Assembly (NCBI RefSeq): GCF_009834535.1
Contig: NC_045697.1
Location: 22,074,001-22,138,000 of the forward strand
Source of the DNA: Camelus ferus
Lineage: Eukaryota
Reading direction: 5' to 3'
DNA: 64,000 nt
This document shows, piece after piece, positions 1 through 13,000 of the stretch; the first letter of the stretch is position 1, and each line of letters opens with the position of its first letter. The notes beneath the pieces were generated by a model, which saw only the letters and a program-made list of their open reading frames with translations, ran no database searches and was not told where the DNA came from. The position numbers were made by a program, and so were the translations under genes.

Positions 1-300
1 CTATTCTGTGTGATACTGTGATGGTAGATACACACCATTATAAATTTGTCCAAACTCATAGAATGTACAACGCCAAGGGTGAACCCTAAGGTAAAATGTG
101 GACTCTAGGTAATAATAATGTGTTAATTGATTTTAACAAAGGTAACCACTCTGGTGGGGGATGGTAATAGAGGAGAAGATGTATGTGTGTGTGTGTATGT
201 GGAGGGCAGGAAGAGTATGGAAAATCTCTGTGCTTTCTGCTCAGTTTTTCAGTGAGCCCAACACTACTCTAAGAAATAAAACCTATTTTTTAAGAAAGAA
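1..300 (+). mobile_element. L1 LINE 3' UTR end (L1MC1-like), cut by the window edge
   Basis: Matches the remembered L1MC 3' end (...tttgtccaaactcatagaatgtacaac...gtgaaccctaa...ggaaaatctctgtgc...aaataaa) followed by an A-rich tail. Confidence 0.85.
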
Positions 301-545
301 AGAAAAGAACCCAGTTCTGCATAAAGTTAACATGGACCAGGATGATTCTTATTTGATTACTGTGAAACTGGAAATTGATTCTACACTATGAAAGGTGCTT
401 TAGAAATGCTCTATTTTTAAATTGAGTTTTCATCTTGGAATTATCTTAAAGATAATTTAATCAGCTTAATCAGCAGATACAATGTTTATCAACTCACTAA
501 ATTTTTCCTTAATAGTGGTGGCTAAATGTCTGAATATATCTAAGG

Positions 546-755
546 CGGTGTTTCTCAACCGTGGCACTGACATTGTGGACCAGGTAATTCTTTTCTTTGC
601 ACCTGGCTGTCCTGTGAGTTGCAGGATATTTAGTAGCATCCTAGGTATTCATCCATTAGACGACAATAGTGCCACCCAAGTTGTGAAGAGCGAAAATACC
701 TCCAGAATTTGCCAGATGTCCCCTGAGGGGAAATTACCTTCCATTGAGAGCTACT
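546..755 (-). mobile_element. MER20 (hAT-Charlie MITE)
   Basis: Reverse complement of the MER20 consensus along its length (tttctcaacc...ggctgtcctgtg...tttgccagatgtcccctgagggg...ttgagagctact). Confidence 0.85.
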
Positions 756-816
756 TTTTTAAGGTAAATGTGCACGACTATATTTTATTATTTAAAATAT
801 GTGGCACATGGGCACA

Positions 817-841
817 CGTGTGTGTGTGTGTGTGTGTGTGT
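817..841. repeat. (TG)n microsatellite
   Basis: About 12 TG units, seen directly. Confidence 0.95.
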
Positions 842-1439
842 TTAATTTCCCAGTTCTGTGTAGAAATCAGGTTTTTAAAAGGCAAGAGTGCAGAGGTAAA
901 AACAAAAATTCTTTAATTCTGTTTATAATTTACAAGGCTACTATCAGACTTTATGCTTTTGCCTCTTTTCTTCATGTGGTGGATTGACAAATGATGGATG
1001 CAGATTTGTATGTACCCTCTTGCTCAAAGAACGTGCAGGAGTGAGAACCTGCAATCAGTAGACTGAGCTTTCTGCGTTAGGGGCTGCTTCAGACTAGCTG
1101 TGCTGCAGGCCTCCTATGGGCTTCACACCAGAAGGCTTTAACATAAACATTTGGCTGAAACGTCTTTATAGGACACATCCAGCTGTCCTGTGAAGGAACT
1201 GTTGCCCACACCCACGCACATTAATGTATGACTTGCCAAAATGTTTGGTTGCCTTCACATAGACAAAGGCACAATGCAAATGTGAACAGTATACTGTTAT
1301 ATTATCACTTTCTTAGCCAACCAAGTGAACTTGGACTTTGTCCATATGTAAGATGATTTTGTGGCCCTTTTTTCCAAAGTATAATGGAAATTATTAGCTG
1401 AAATTTTAGGTTGAAATAACTTAGAAGTTACTATTTCAA

Positions 1440-1580
1440 ATCATAATATAATAAATTGATATATAATTTTATTATATATTATATTCACTGTATTTATTAT
1501 ATATGTCATATATTATTATATTTCGTATAATAAATTATAATACTTATATAGTAAATTATAATAATAAGTTAGAAATTATT
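1440..1580. repeat. AT-rich low-complexity tract
   Basis: Almost only A/T, with repeated tata/ataat motifs. Confidence 0.85.
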
Positions 1581-4389
1581 AGATGGAAATCACTATTGTT
1601 GAGAATGATGATTCTAAGTTAATCTTATAGTGGATTTAATAATACAAAGGAGTTTTACAAATAAACTACAGCAAGATTTTTATTTTGTTTTTGAGAATTA
1701 CATCATATATTTTGCAAAGAGTTTTTCCTTTTCTATTGTATCTTCTTACTCTTTCCTCTCTCCCACTTTCCTTTATTACTTCGTTCGTATTTCCTACTAC
1801 TGTTGCATCTCTAAATCGAGCAATCTATCAATGTGAACTTGAGATTAAGAGGTGACACCAATAAAGACAGCGCATTACTTTAAAACAATTTTCAAGAGAA
1901 AAATGCACACCTCTTCCCATGTTGCTGCTATTACTATGTATTTAATGAATTCGCTTGCCACACTCCTGCTCTGTCTTTAATGAGCAGTATTATCTTCCCT
2001 CCCAATAAACGTACATACGGCCAGTTGTATAAAAATGGATTATATACATACACTATAAACACAAACTTATGCAACTGTGCAACCATATTACCTTCTCTAC
2101 ATCAACTGCCTTCTAGAACAGTTTTAGTGTGTGTAGCAGCAGCAATCTGAAATTTTTACTTGATCGTAAACTTTGCAGGTAGCAACTCTAAATACGTTTT
2201 AAAATTTGAAGTGTTCTATATAAACAACTATTTCATCCAATTGGAAAACAAATATAGTAGAGATAATGTATCATCAGTAATTCTCTGCACAATTATGTTT
2301 TAACGTGTATTTATCACCATGCTGGCATACTAAATGATGATTTTTTGGACATTTTTAAAGATTTCTATAGCAAAGTGCATTCCTTCCTTTTTCATTTAGT
2401 TTTTCTTTTCAGATGAGGACAGATGCAATGAGGGCTGTGTGCCTAAATGAATACTTCTACTCTTGACTAAATTAGTCTGGCATAAACACAGCACTGCTAG
2501 CTTTCAGTACAATTGAAAATAAGAGCTGTGGTTCAGAGGTCTTTCTTTTCAGAGTTCTGCTAAATCATGCTTAAAGTTCAGTGTGTATTCCAACAGTAGC
2601 ATTTAAGACAGCATAGTTAAGAATCTCTTAACATTTCCATTTACAACTTCTCTCTCCTTCTAACATTTTCTTTATTGATCTTAGGGAGTTTCATAGTAAC
2701 AGCTTATCAGCAGTTACAGCCAATGACCTAAACATGCAATTAAAATTGTCCTATCTTAGCTAGCTGATAAACTGGCCCTCACTCTGGGGTTTTGGAAATA
2801 CTATTTTCTTTCTTCAAGACTTCTTCTTATTACTAATTATAAAATGGAAAAGTACACTGCTGAGGGTGAGCCCTTTGGAGAAATCAGATTAGGTTCTTTA
2901 TAGATTCAAAAATGAAGCTGTTTAAACATTGTTTCGTCTCGTCAATACTTACTTGCCTTTAACATTCCATTCCTAGTAAAAGCATTCATTTACTTGTAGT
3001 TTGTGGGTGGTGAAAAATAGCATGGGGATCTCTGTGTTTTTCTAATTGAAAGGGCCATATGGAAAACTGGCCTTCAAGACACCATACTGTTAGGTGAAAC
3101 TTGGCCTTTTAGCAGTCGTGTGCACATGTATAGGAGAGGACTACCTCTGCCCTCCTGCCTGCCTCCGCTCCCACCACCAAAGACCATGCTTGGGGAGATC
3201 AGAGGCTCTTATAATGAAGAATCATGTTAGTTTAACTTCTTTATTTTAAAGATGAGACAATCTCCTCCAGATCTTACGGATCATGGCAGGCTAGCTGCGA
3301 GATCACAACTTGGGTGTCCTGACTCTCAGTACAGGTAGACGCTGATAACTTAGGGCTTCTGTGCGTTTAACATTACTTTCAGCCTTCTTCCCTCTGACTG
3401 CCCAAGGTACCACAGGCCAGATTTTCAGCAGTTGAAAGGATTCTGTTTTAGTAATAGCAGTGACATACTTAGACTGTAATATGTGCCTGTGCATGCGATT
3501 AGGCTACTTACAGATGTATCACTTCTGCTTATTCAAAATTTACTAGCTACATTATTTTAACATTTTTTTGTTACTTTTTGGGATTTCATTTTCTTCACGT
3601 GTGAAATAGAACCTTGTTAATTGTCCTGAGGGAGCGGGAGCTAATTCACTACATTCAAAGCATTGATGTTTTTTTTCCACTTACCACCCTCCTCCACATT
3701 GACCTCCTCCTCTTCAAGCTGCACGCTCTTAAAGAGCTGTTCTTCTCTGCTATTTCTTCTGTAACTTCTATTCCTTGAATCCAAGGCAGAATAGGTTCTC
3801 CATCTTCTGTGAGCACAGACATGTCTGTTAGTCTGAAACCTAGGTCTATACTTTGTGGCTTCAGGTTACAATCGTTGTTTTGAAAGTTAAGATTCTGTGA
3901 GGTCCCTAGCCTTTCTCTGTAACGTTACTCTGCCTGTAGCATAATCTCCTTTATTCTGCAAAAGAACGTCTCCTCTGCTTCCTTTGGGTACCCCTTCTTT
4001 CCTAGGTCCTTTATCATTTTCTTACCTGTGTTTTTATACAGCTCCAATGTGTCTTTCTCCACAGACAACAGCTATTATATCTTCTGATATAACCCTGTGT
4101 TATTGCAAGTACAATTAAATGACACTTCTTTTGTGTGAAGACCTCAACCGAGAAGGTATTCTTGATGCGAATACATATTATCTGTTGTTGGAGGGCACGG
4201 TGTTCCCGGATCTCTGCTGTCTTCATGGCAGAAACAGGAAGGGCTTTTAAACTATAACTTGATGGCTAAGCATTGAGTCTGCTTTGATATTGATTTTTCC
4301 CTTCACTCCACCTTCAGTTTTAAGAACTGCTCTTCTCATTCCTCTGAGCAAACCGTAGACTATTTGCACTAAAAATAGCTTTGGGGATA

Positions 4390-4490
4390 ATTTAGTCTCA
4401 TCCCATATTATATGTGAGAAAACTGAGACTCAGAAATCTTGAGTGATTTGTCTTGAATCCATTCAGAGTCAGGTCTAGAAATCAGGTTTT
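4390..4490 (-). mobile_element. MIR SINE fragment
   Basis: cccatattatatgtgagaaaactgagactcagaaa...gtgatttgtc matches the MIR core in antisense. Confidence 0.7.
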
Positions 4491-5644
4491 TTTGGGGGTG
4501 GGATTACTGGAATGTCTAATTCTACTTCCTTGCTTTGTATTCAGTTGTTTAGCTAGCTTGCTACCCTTGGCATCTGTATTCGAGGCATGACTTTGCTTTT
4601 TCTAGGCTTCAGAGGGACTGGGAGCCTATATCATGGCCCTCCACCATGGGTGGGCAGTCACCATTGCTACCAGCCTAGCCGCATGCCCACTGGCTGCTTG
4701 TCCTTCATACCCAGACGTTGCCTCCCCAGTTGACTCTCCGCCTGATAACTCTGTGTGGGCTCCATGTGACCCTCTTGGTTTTCTCGCAGTGTCACCTGCC
4801 ATTGTGCTGCTTTTCCTTGACTTCCTGCATTTTCTTCAGTTGCCTGCCAAAAAGAAACATTAGGTTTGTCTGGTTTCTACTTCTGATTTATCTTTCGTTC
4901 TGGCTGATGGAGATATTGGATAAAGCCAAGTGATTCTTCCCTGGAAATCCTTATAAAGTGACCCTAAGATTGCTTTTGGAAATGCAGAGTCTTGTTTAGG
5001 GAGAGAAACATGTTCTTCATGATTTTGCAATTTTCCTTCAGTTCTTTTATGAGACCAAGAAAGTAAATGTGTGTATGTGTGTGTGTGTGTTTATGCTGAA
5101 GTACCACACAGGTGATGTTAGTGGAGGGATTCCTTTGGAGACATAATGTTACAATGGCTTAAGTTTGGGCTTAAGAATCAGATTCACCTCATTTGGAACC
5201 CAATTCCTCCAATTACTAAATAGATGACCTTGGGAAAAATTATATGTTAAATACCAGAGTCAGAATTCAAACACAAATTTACCACACTCTAAAAATCTGT
5301 TTTTCAAACACCATGACATAAGACATACTCTGCTTGGGAACGTTCATATAAGGTAACTGAAGAGAAGAGTGTTCATGGTTTTCTGCCTCTAGCATGAAGG
5401 GCAAATGGACTTCAGCTTACCTCAAGGTAAATCACTGGAGACTAAATGGCCAGATTATTTAACATCTCTGAGCTTCAGTTGCTTCAGTTGTGACATTGAG
5501 ATAAAGACATCAGTAAGATTAAAATAAGACCATGTATGTGAAGGGTATCTTTTAGAAATAGCACTGAATAGAATTATGATGCTACCTTCTTTCTGTCCTA
5601 AGAAACTGAGTTGGGTACTTTTTTTTTTTTTAAAGTAATGATTC

Positions 5645-5995
5645 TGACAGTCTGTTTGGGCTTCTATAATAAAATATCACAGACTAGGTAGCTTATGAAC
5701 AGAAGAAATTTATTTATTCCAATTCTGAAGACAGAAAGTCTGAGATCATGGTGCTAGCACAGTTGGATGAGGGCCCTCTTCTGGGTCACAGATTTCTCAC
5801 TGTATCCTCACATGGCAGGAAGAGCGAGGAAGCTCTGTAGGGTCTCTTTTGTAACAGCACTAGTCCCATTCATGAAGGTGCCATCCTCATGACCTAATCT
5901 CTTTCCAAAGGCCTCATCTCCTAACACCATCACCTTGAGTGTCAGGATGCCAGTGTGTCAATTTGGGGGAGACACAAACATATCAGACCATAGCA
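5645..5995 (-). mobile_element. MLT1A/MLT1A0 solo LTR (ERVL-MaLR)
   Basis: Typical MLT1A antisense text (agaaatttattt...cccattcatgaaggtgccatcctcatgacctaatc...gggggagacacaaaca...cagaccatagca). Confidence 0.85.
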
Positions 5996-7148
5996 GATTG
6001 TCATTAATTTGACCTTAGAGTATATTGTTGAGATGATAAATTTGATGGCCACTGATTTCAAATACATTACTACTCAGATAAATCAAAATGGTAATTTACA
6101 ATAATTTACTCCTGAAAACGAACACATACATTCACAAGAAAATCAGCTTACATATTATGGCCACATGGAAGTAATGAAGCTCAAGTGTTTTTTCCTCAAA
6201 GAAAGTTATAACCTAGGAAAAGAGTTTTGTGAAGGAAAGTAATAGATAAAATATGCAGAAATTGTCATTTAATACTTCGCTATTTTATGGTGTTTACTTG
6301 AACAAAGCACCTAAGAATAGTGTTTTCCCATCTAAAAAAGGTTGTGATGTAAGCATTTCTATTTCTGGCTAGGGAGCTGAGTGTCTTTGTGCCACTTCAG
6401 TATTTTATATTTAAGAGGCTACGTCAAAAGATACAATACCATGCTAAGATACGGGTTACCAAGTTACAGAGTCAAATCGGATTCAATAAAGGCCAATTGT
6501 TTACATGTAGATATATACACATTCATGTTGTTTACAATTTAGAAATTATATCAAAGTCAGGGAAGCCAAAGGCATGGATAAGGGGGTGAGGGGAAGAAGA
6601 ATAGAGAATAGAAGAAAGAATTATCCCAGACCTAAGCAGTAGCTACCAAGGGCGTCAGAAGTGTCAGAGGAGACTCTGTCCTTCAGCAATACTACTTCAT
6701 CTAATCAGACAGAATCCTAAGCTCCCTCTTGAGACTCCTTGAAGGAGCCTCATGTTATTAATATGTAAACCAAAATGGTGGTAGAGTAGAAAACCTCTTG
6801 GTGAGCAAATCAAATGGCACTACTTGACAGTCTTTATTGAATCATAATAGCCCTTCTGAAAAATCCTTGAAGGAGGAGGAAGGACTTTAAAACCTTGCAC
6901 ATGAAACACTTATTTTACAATATTGTGCCCTCCAAATTTCAGTACCTTCACCACAGAATTCCATGGGCTCTGGCCTGGGGCCAGGGGCTAAGGTGGAGTA
7001 ATTCATAGACACTGATGTGGAACTGTTGGGATAAGAATTGAAACTCAGGTCAAACAGTCTCAAGGGAAAAAAAAAAGATCTGTTCAAGCATGTTGACCAG
7101 CCTCAGTGAACAGCAGAAGTGAACCTCGTTTATGCTTTTAATGTTTAT

Positions 7149-7334
7149 CAGGGATGGCAAATTGGTTTCATTCAACCTGTTGCTTAATAAGGATTAACTG
7201 GTAATTGCTTGTTGGAGTGCCACATTGAGAAGGACTTTATGGTAAATCTAAGTTATTGGGAAAGTGACATGGTTAATGGGAGACTTGCCTTAGAGTGGGA
7301 TGGAGAGGATGCTTGCCAATATTTGCCATTTCTA
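7149..7334 (+). mobile_element. hAT-Charlie MITE (MER117-like)
   Basis: Terminal inverted repeats cagggatggcaaat ... atttgccatttcta, ~185 bp; family name recalled, not searched. Confidence 0.65.
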
Positions 7335-8204
7335 GGTAGAAATAAAATGTCTAGGGGAGTGCTTGGTGAGCATGAAGTATTTAAGCAATGTTATTTATCT
7401 TTCATTTATCATAAGCCACTTCTAGGTGTAGCCAACAAGAACCTTCTTACAGTGGGCCTCTGGCCAGTGTTTAGCAATATCCATTCGGAGAATCCCAGAA
7501 GGCAGAGTGGGGAGGTGAGCCGGAATCTAGGCACAGGAAGTGGTTCTATGTGATCTACCAATTGGCTCCTAAGAAGACTCATTCAAGTTTTATATATTTA
7601 TATATTTTTAAATTAAATACATTAGGCTATTTGTAAAAGGTAGCATATTTTCTGAATACAAGAAGTAAGCTGAAGCTGTATTTTCTCTTGTATTTATTAC
7701 TGTGTTACAGCATGCCTAAGATATTCAGGACAGATATCCATGGTAAATGAGGATATATTTTATTCTTCTCTTAATATTCCTTATTTTTTTTACTTAAAGT
7801 TAAAAATCTCTTTAATGTAAAAGTATAACTACCAAATCAGCCAGGATTTTTTTTTTAAACCACTGTATCCTCAAAAGCCTATTTTCCCTCTTAGTAGCTA
7901 TGGGAGAATGGACTCCTAAGAGACTAGATTAATCAAATTTAAAAGCAAATGTAAATTTAAATCAACCATGGAGCCCTGCTGTACAGCAATTAACATTTCA
8001 AGGTAAAATGAAATGTGATGATAGTAAATACCAGTTCTATGCATAGTTGGAAACATATTCTGTTTCATGGTGCATTTGGGCAGAGAATGGAAATTTGAAA
8101 GGAAAACCATTATTAACACACTAGCTTTGACATTTCAAGATATAATTTAAACTTGATTACAACTTCTATTAGAAAATTTTCAATTTCCCCACCTCATAGT
8201 CCAG

Positions 8205-8383
8205 ATAAGTTTCTCAATCTTGGCACTATTGACATTTTGGGCTGTATAATTCTTTCTTTAGGGTCTGTCCTGTGCATTGTGGGACATTTAGCAGAATCCC
8301 TGGCCTCTACCCACTAGGTTTCAGTAGCAACTCGCCCCCCTCCCACCCTTGGCAATTATGATGCCGAAAGTGTCTCCAGATAC
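8205..8383 (-). mobile_element. MER20, truncated
   Basis: tttctcaatcttggcactattgacattttgggctg...gtcctgtgcattgtggga...ccctggcctctacccactag matches MER20 antisense. Confidence 0.85.
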
Positions 8384-9779
8384 CACGCGCTGATTTGGGA
8401 ATGAAGAGAAGTGGGCTACCACTCACTAGTTCTCATACTCACTAACTGTGTCCCTTTGGGTGGTTACTTATTTATTCTCTCTGGCCCAGATTTCCTTTAA
8501 ATAGATGAAACTTTGGAATACACTTATTCAGTTCTAAAATTATTTAGTTTGATCTTTCTATTACTTTCTTCAAGGAAAAAAATAATGTTTTGGAGACAAA
8601 AAGTCCTTGAGGCTGGTCCCTGGGGGTTAAGCTGAAAGGTATGTGGAAACGTGGGTTAAAATCCGTGCAGCAGCAAAAGCCAGATCACCGGAGTCATGCA
8701 TATTCTTCATGAATGTCACCCAGGAGTCTGAATTTTTATAGTTGTTCTTGGTTACCATGGAAATCTGTTTGAAGAAATTGGGAGCAGTAGAAGGAAGGAT
8801 GGAAGGTTGTGGAGGGTAGATGGAGGGGGTGTTACATTTGAAGAGCATTCAAGAAGTAAAGAATTACCTTCCATGTAATGTTTATAATTTTTAAGGCTAT
8901 TTTCAGGCAAACTGTGTATGCTCATTTATAAATCTCTGATTAGGATCTCTGTGGTTCTGAGTTAAGTGACACGCCTAAAATCACGATCTAGTCATTCATT
9001 TCCTTGGTTCAAGAATCTTTTCTCTTGCTCAAGGAGTGGAGGTCAAGCATTTGCCTTCTGAAGCCAGAAGGCTCATTGCTAATTTTTAATGTCCACAGAA
9101 TCTGCTGTTGTGGTCTTTCTGGGTCTGCTGACGAGGACAGGAAGCTCCACGTTGGGGAGTGCCTGTGCATAGACAGCACTATTGCTGGATAATGGAGTTT
9201 CTAATTTAATCAGCCTGGGTTAGAGAGAACAACATAAATTAAAGCTTTCTGAAGATGTTTGATCTGTCGTGCTCAGAAGAAAACATCAAGGTGGACCTGC
9301 TTCTTCTTCCTTTATGTTTGTGCTTTGTCAAATTTCTTAACTCTTGTCCTTTCCTAAGACATCAGCTGTCCGTCGTCCCTTTAGCCAGACTTTCCAGCGT
9401 GACTGTGGCGTGCACATTTGGTGTGACTGTGGCTAACATTCTGGCTGGCCGGTGGGCACTGTTGCTCTTTGCAGCGAACACATCTTTCCTCCCTGATGAG
9501 AAATCACTTTTACTGGAAGTTATCCTTAATCACCAGTCAAATGAGCATCTCTTGAAATCTGGCTTCTCTGTAACCTGCTGCTACCTCCTTATTGTATTGG
9601 CATCAGACAGGGTCATATATCAGTGCAAGTTAATTTCTTGAAATCTGTTAAATAGGGTGATCTTTCGCTCTGTGGCATGCAGATTATATTGGTAGACTTA
9701 GTCATATATGGAAGTTAGCCCAGGAACCGTCCAGCCCTGCTCTTTTTCTTGTTACAGAGCTAGGGGACAGGTAATTTAT

Positions 9780-10000
9780 TATACGCTTATTCGCCCTGAA
9801 TAGGTCAGAACCATGAAATTTGAGAATCCTTCATTTGAGGCTATCAAGTCATTGGGGAGATTAAATCTACGTTGTGCTTTAATCTGCCGGAGGGCCATTG
9901 CCATCAGTAAAATGTCGGATCTGTCCGCATTGTTAATGTAAGGGGCACTGTCTGGGTAATCATCAGCTGAATGTGGTGACAAGTAATTTTATTGAAGGAC
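9780..10000. promoter_or_regulatory. Candidate conserved non-coding element / enhancer
   Basis: No repeat recognised; retained CpGs; inverted TAATCT pair, SOX motif CATTGTT, E-box CAGCTG and TGACA. Conservation not tested. Confidence 0.4.
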
Positions 10001-13000
10001 CAAGTGAGAACTTAACCCTCTTGATTTTCTCCCTTGAACCCATTTTCTTACTTTTGATGGAATGAGGACATTTTTAGAAAATAGTGTGAGTGCTACACTG
10101 GTTTTAAACAAAATGTTTCTCACTCTTACATCTAAACTTAGTTTGTCTGAAAGGTTATGCCAAAAGGAATTAACAGATTAACCCCCCAAAAAGAAAAAAA
10201 TGTAATTTTATAAGATTTGAAGCACTGTATTTTTCTATCTTATGCTAAGTCACTGGTTTTATAGTAATCTTTTGGAGTATTTACTTTTAATTTTTGAACA
10301 GAGAAGAGTTCTTCCCCCGCTATGGATGTACAGAGTTGTATTAATCCTTGACATTGCTTGAACCAACTTTTCATAATAGAATATGTTCTCTCTCCCTTTT
10401 AGGCTGAGAGTTTAGACAGGCAAAAAAAGAAATATAGACTGAACTTTGAGCCTCTTAAATAATTCAAGATTAAAAGATGTTACTAAAGCCTGGAAGTCAG
10501 ATACTAAAAACAGAATCTGTATTGTGCAGTTGTCATATACTAATATAAGCTTGATCACAGATTTTTATATTTATAAAATATGAAATCATAGTTGTATACC
10601 TGTATGCATATATATATTCTATTCATTTTGCAAGTACTTACTATACTCTGATATATGTTTTAAACCAGTGTAAACCAAGACTATAATTTGTTCACATAAG
10701 AAGATTAAATAGAGGTGTATGTATGTTGCTTGCTGAAAATATGAGTTCAATGACTTTCAAAACCCACATTTTTACTGCTAAAAAGAAAGGTAATTTGATT
10801 TGCTTTCTGAAAACAAAATCCTGTAATATTTGACTGTGAAATTATGCATCTAACTCTTTACTTAGAATAATTTGGGAAGCTTTTTTTTTTTCCCTTTTTT
10901 AATCTTCAAATGACTCCACTTTGTCAGGTTATTTCAGTTATCAAGGAACAGCGGTAGTGGTGAGTCAACGTGGAGGTTGAAATAGAGAGGTAATGAAATG
11001 CATTCTGAAATTAGAAAACAGGGTTAATGGTGATGTTTGAATGAAACCTTTTCAAACCCACTGTCAAAACACAACTTCTTTTCCCTTCTTGTTTGACTCT
11101 CATGGCAACCTTGGTACCTTTTACAGTGACTTCCCTTCTGGGGTGTGTTTTCTGAATGCCTTTCATTTAATAGGCATATTTTAGAAATCTAATTTCGCTG
11201 TCTGCTTCAGATCAGCGATGCCGTAGAAACCTAACCATTTTAGACTGTCTGGATGCTGTTTTCATCAAGTCATTAACGTTGTTATTGAGGGTGACATAAG
11301 GAAGTTATCCCCCCTCACTCAGAGCATCTTATTTGTTAAAGACCACAACCTCTTAACCTTTCTAAAGGATGTGGTTTCACCAAGTTAACTTTTCATGTGT
11401 AGCTGTTTTCCATTATAATTTCAGTTTCTGTCTGCAGTGCTTCCTGTGCAACGTGCAGGGCTTTTCCGTGTCAGTAAAGCATGGCCAGGTTATGAACAGG
11501 TGTTCTCAGGATCTGAGTTTCTTGGCACATTAGATCTGAAGCTCAGACTCCTTATTTTCGAGATGAGGGAGCTCAAAACTCAGGTTGTCCTGCCAAACAG
11601 CACCAACATGACGAGCTCTATTATGATATCCTGACACTTCATCAAATGTGTTCTCCCTGTTTCACACCCCACCCTTTTTTTTTGCACCAGTCTTACCTTT
11701 GTTAGAACTATATTTTGAGACCCTGAAAACCAGGTAACTTATATTAGCCCTTTTTGTTCTGGATCGCTTCTCCTTTGTTTATGTTAAATCATAGCACAGA
11801 TCTCAGCCTTCTGCTTTATGCCATGATTTACCTGGGCTGAACTCTTAACATGAACTGAAACGTGGTTTGTTACAAAAGTAGCATTATTGCTTTTGTAGAA
11901 ACAATACATACTTGGACACCAGTTTAAATAATACAAGTTTAGATAAAGAAAATACTAAAAAGGAACAGAAATTACACCAGTCACTCAAACCCATAGTTAA
12001 TATTTTAGCGAGCATACTGACAGTCATATGTCTGTGCAAAGATTTATCATTTGTACGTGTATCAAATTTTGCCTGCATCGATTCATACATAATACATCAC
12101 CGGTAATACCTGAGGTTGCCATCTCCTTTAACATGGCTAATACCAATCCTTGTCAATTTTTAAAATATTTACCATTCTGATCTACATGTAAAAAAAGTCT
12201 TTTATTTTTCTAGCTCAGCAGAAGCCTTTAAATCATGCCTTTGGTTCTTCTTTTGAGTCTTACTGATTTGTAAGGTGTGTCATCTGCTTGGCTATTTAAC
12301 CTCTATATGTTGATATTTTGCAAATATTCCTCTCAGTTAAAAAAAAAATCCAAACGGTTATGTCTTCTTATGTTGTTTTTGTTTGTTGTTTTCTGTTTCT
12401 GTTGTTTTGTTATTCTTTGTTTTGCTACCAGGAGTTTTCCTTTGTAGTGAGGATACCCTTATTATTCTAAACCACGCAGGTAATAAATGTACTGGAATTA
12501 CGTTCAGAGGTAGGCCTCTGTATAAGCAGGTTAATAGTAAATAACACCATAAATTATTTTTAAAATATTTCTCTACATAAGTAAGTAATATTGATAATAT
12601 CTCTGTAGCAAGGAGAAGGTCTTCTATTCGGCAAGAGTAACAAATGCCCAAGTACATGTAACCAAGCTAATTGGCTGTTTACTGATTTCCTTCCATTGGC
12701 TTAGCATCCCTTGGGCATTTACTTCTTCATCTTGTTATTGTACTGACACTCCACATGAAGCGTGATTTTTTTTTTTTAACCTTAATTGTGTCCTGTGTTA
12801 GGAGTCATTTCTGAGCTGAATACATTAAATTTCTTGCTTTCTTCCAACGTGCCATATGCTATTTTATCGTTGAATAGTGGAAATAAGATCATTTACCTGG
12901 AGGAATTCTGCATCCTCTTAAGGCTGGTTGCCACAGACCTATTTGGTCAGCAGTGTTAATGCTCTGTCTCTTGTGTTGAGCCTCCTGGCTTAGGGCTCTG

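Noticed and set aside
482..916. Longest ORF in the track (144 aa)
   Set aside because: Runs through a MER20 and a (TG)n repeat; no coding features
2390..2470. Acceptor ttttcttttcAG followed by ATG
   Set aside because: All three frames stop within 60 nt and there is no donor
4369..4378. Perfect MEF2 consensus CTAAAAATAG
   Set aside because: One AT-rich 10-mer in 64 kb of AT-rich DNA is weak evidence without supporting context
4633..4863. 76-aa ATG ORF with a hydrophobic C-terminus
   Set aside because: No recognisable family and the length is within chance expectation; kept only as context for the minus-strand exon candidate
9255..9641. 128-aa hydrophobic ORF
   Set aside because: No recognisable homology, promoter or splice context; composition is explained by T-rich DNA
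10961..10967. AP-1 sites (TGAGTCA here and at several other positions)
   Set aside because: Scattered 7-mers with no clustering; not informative alone
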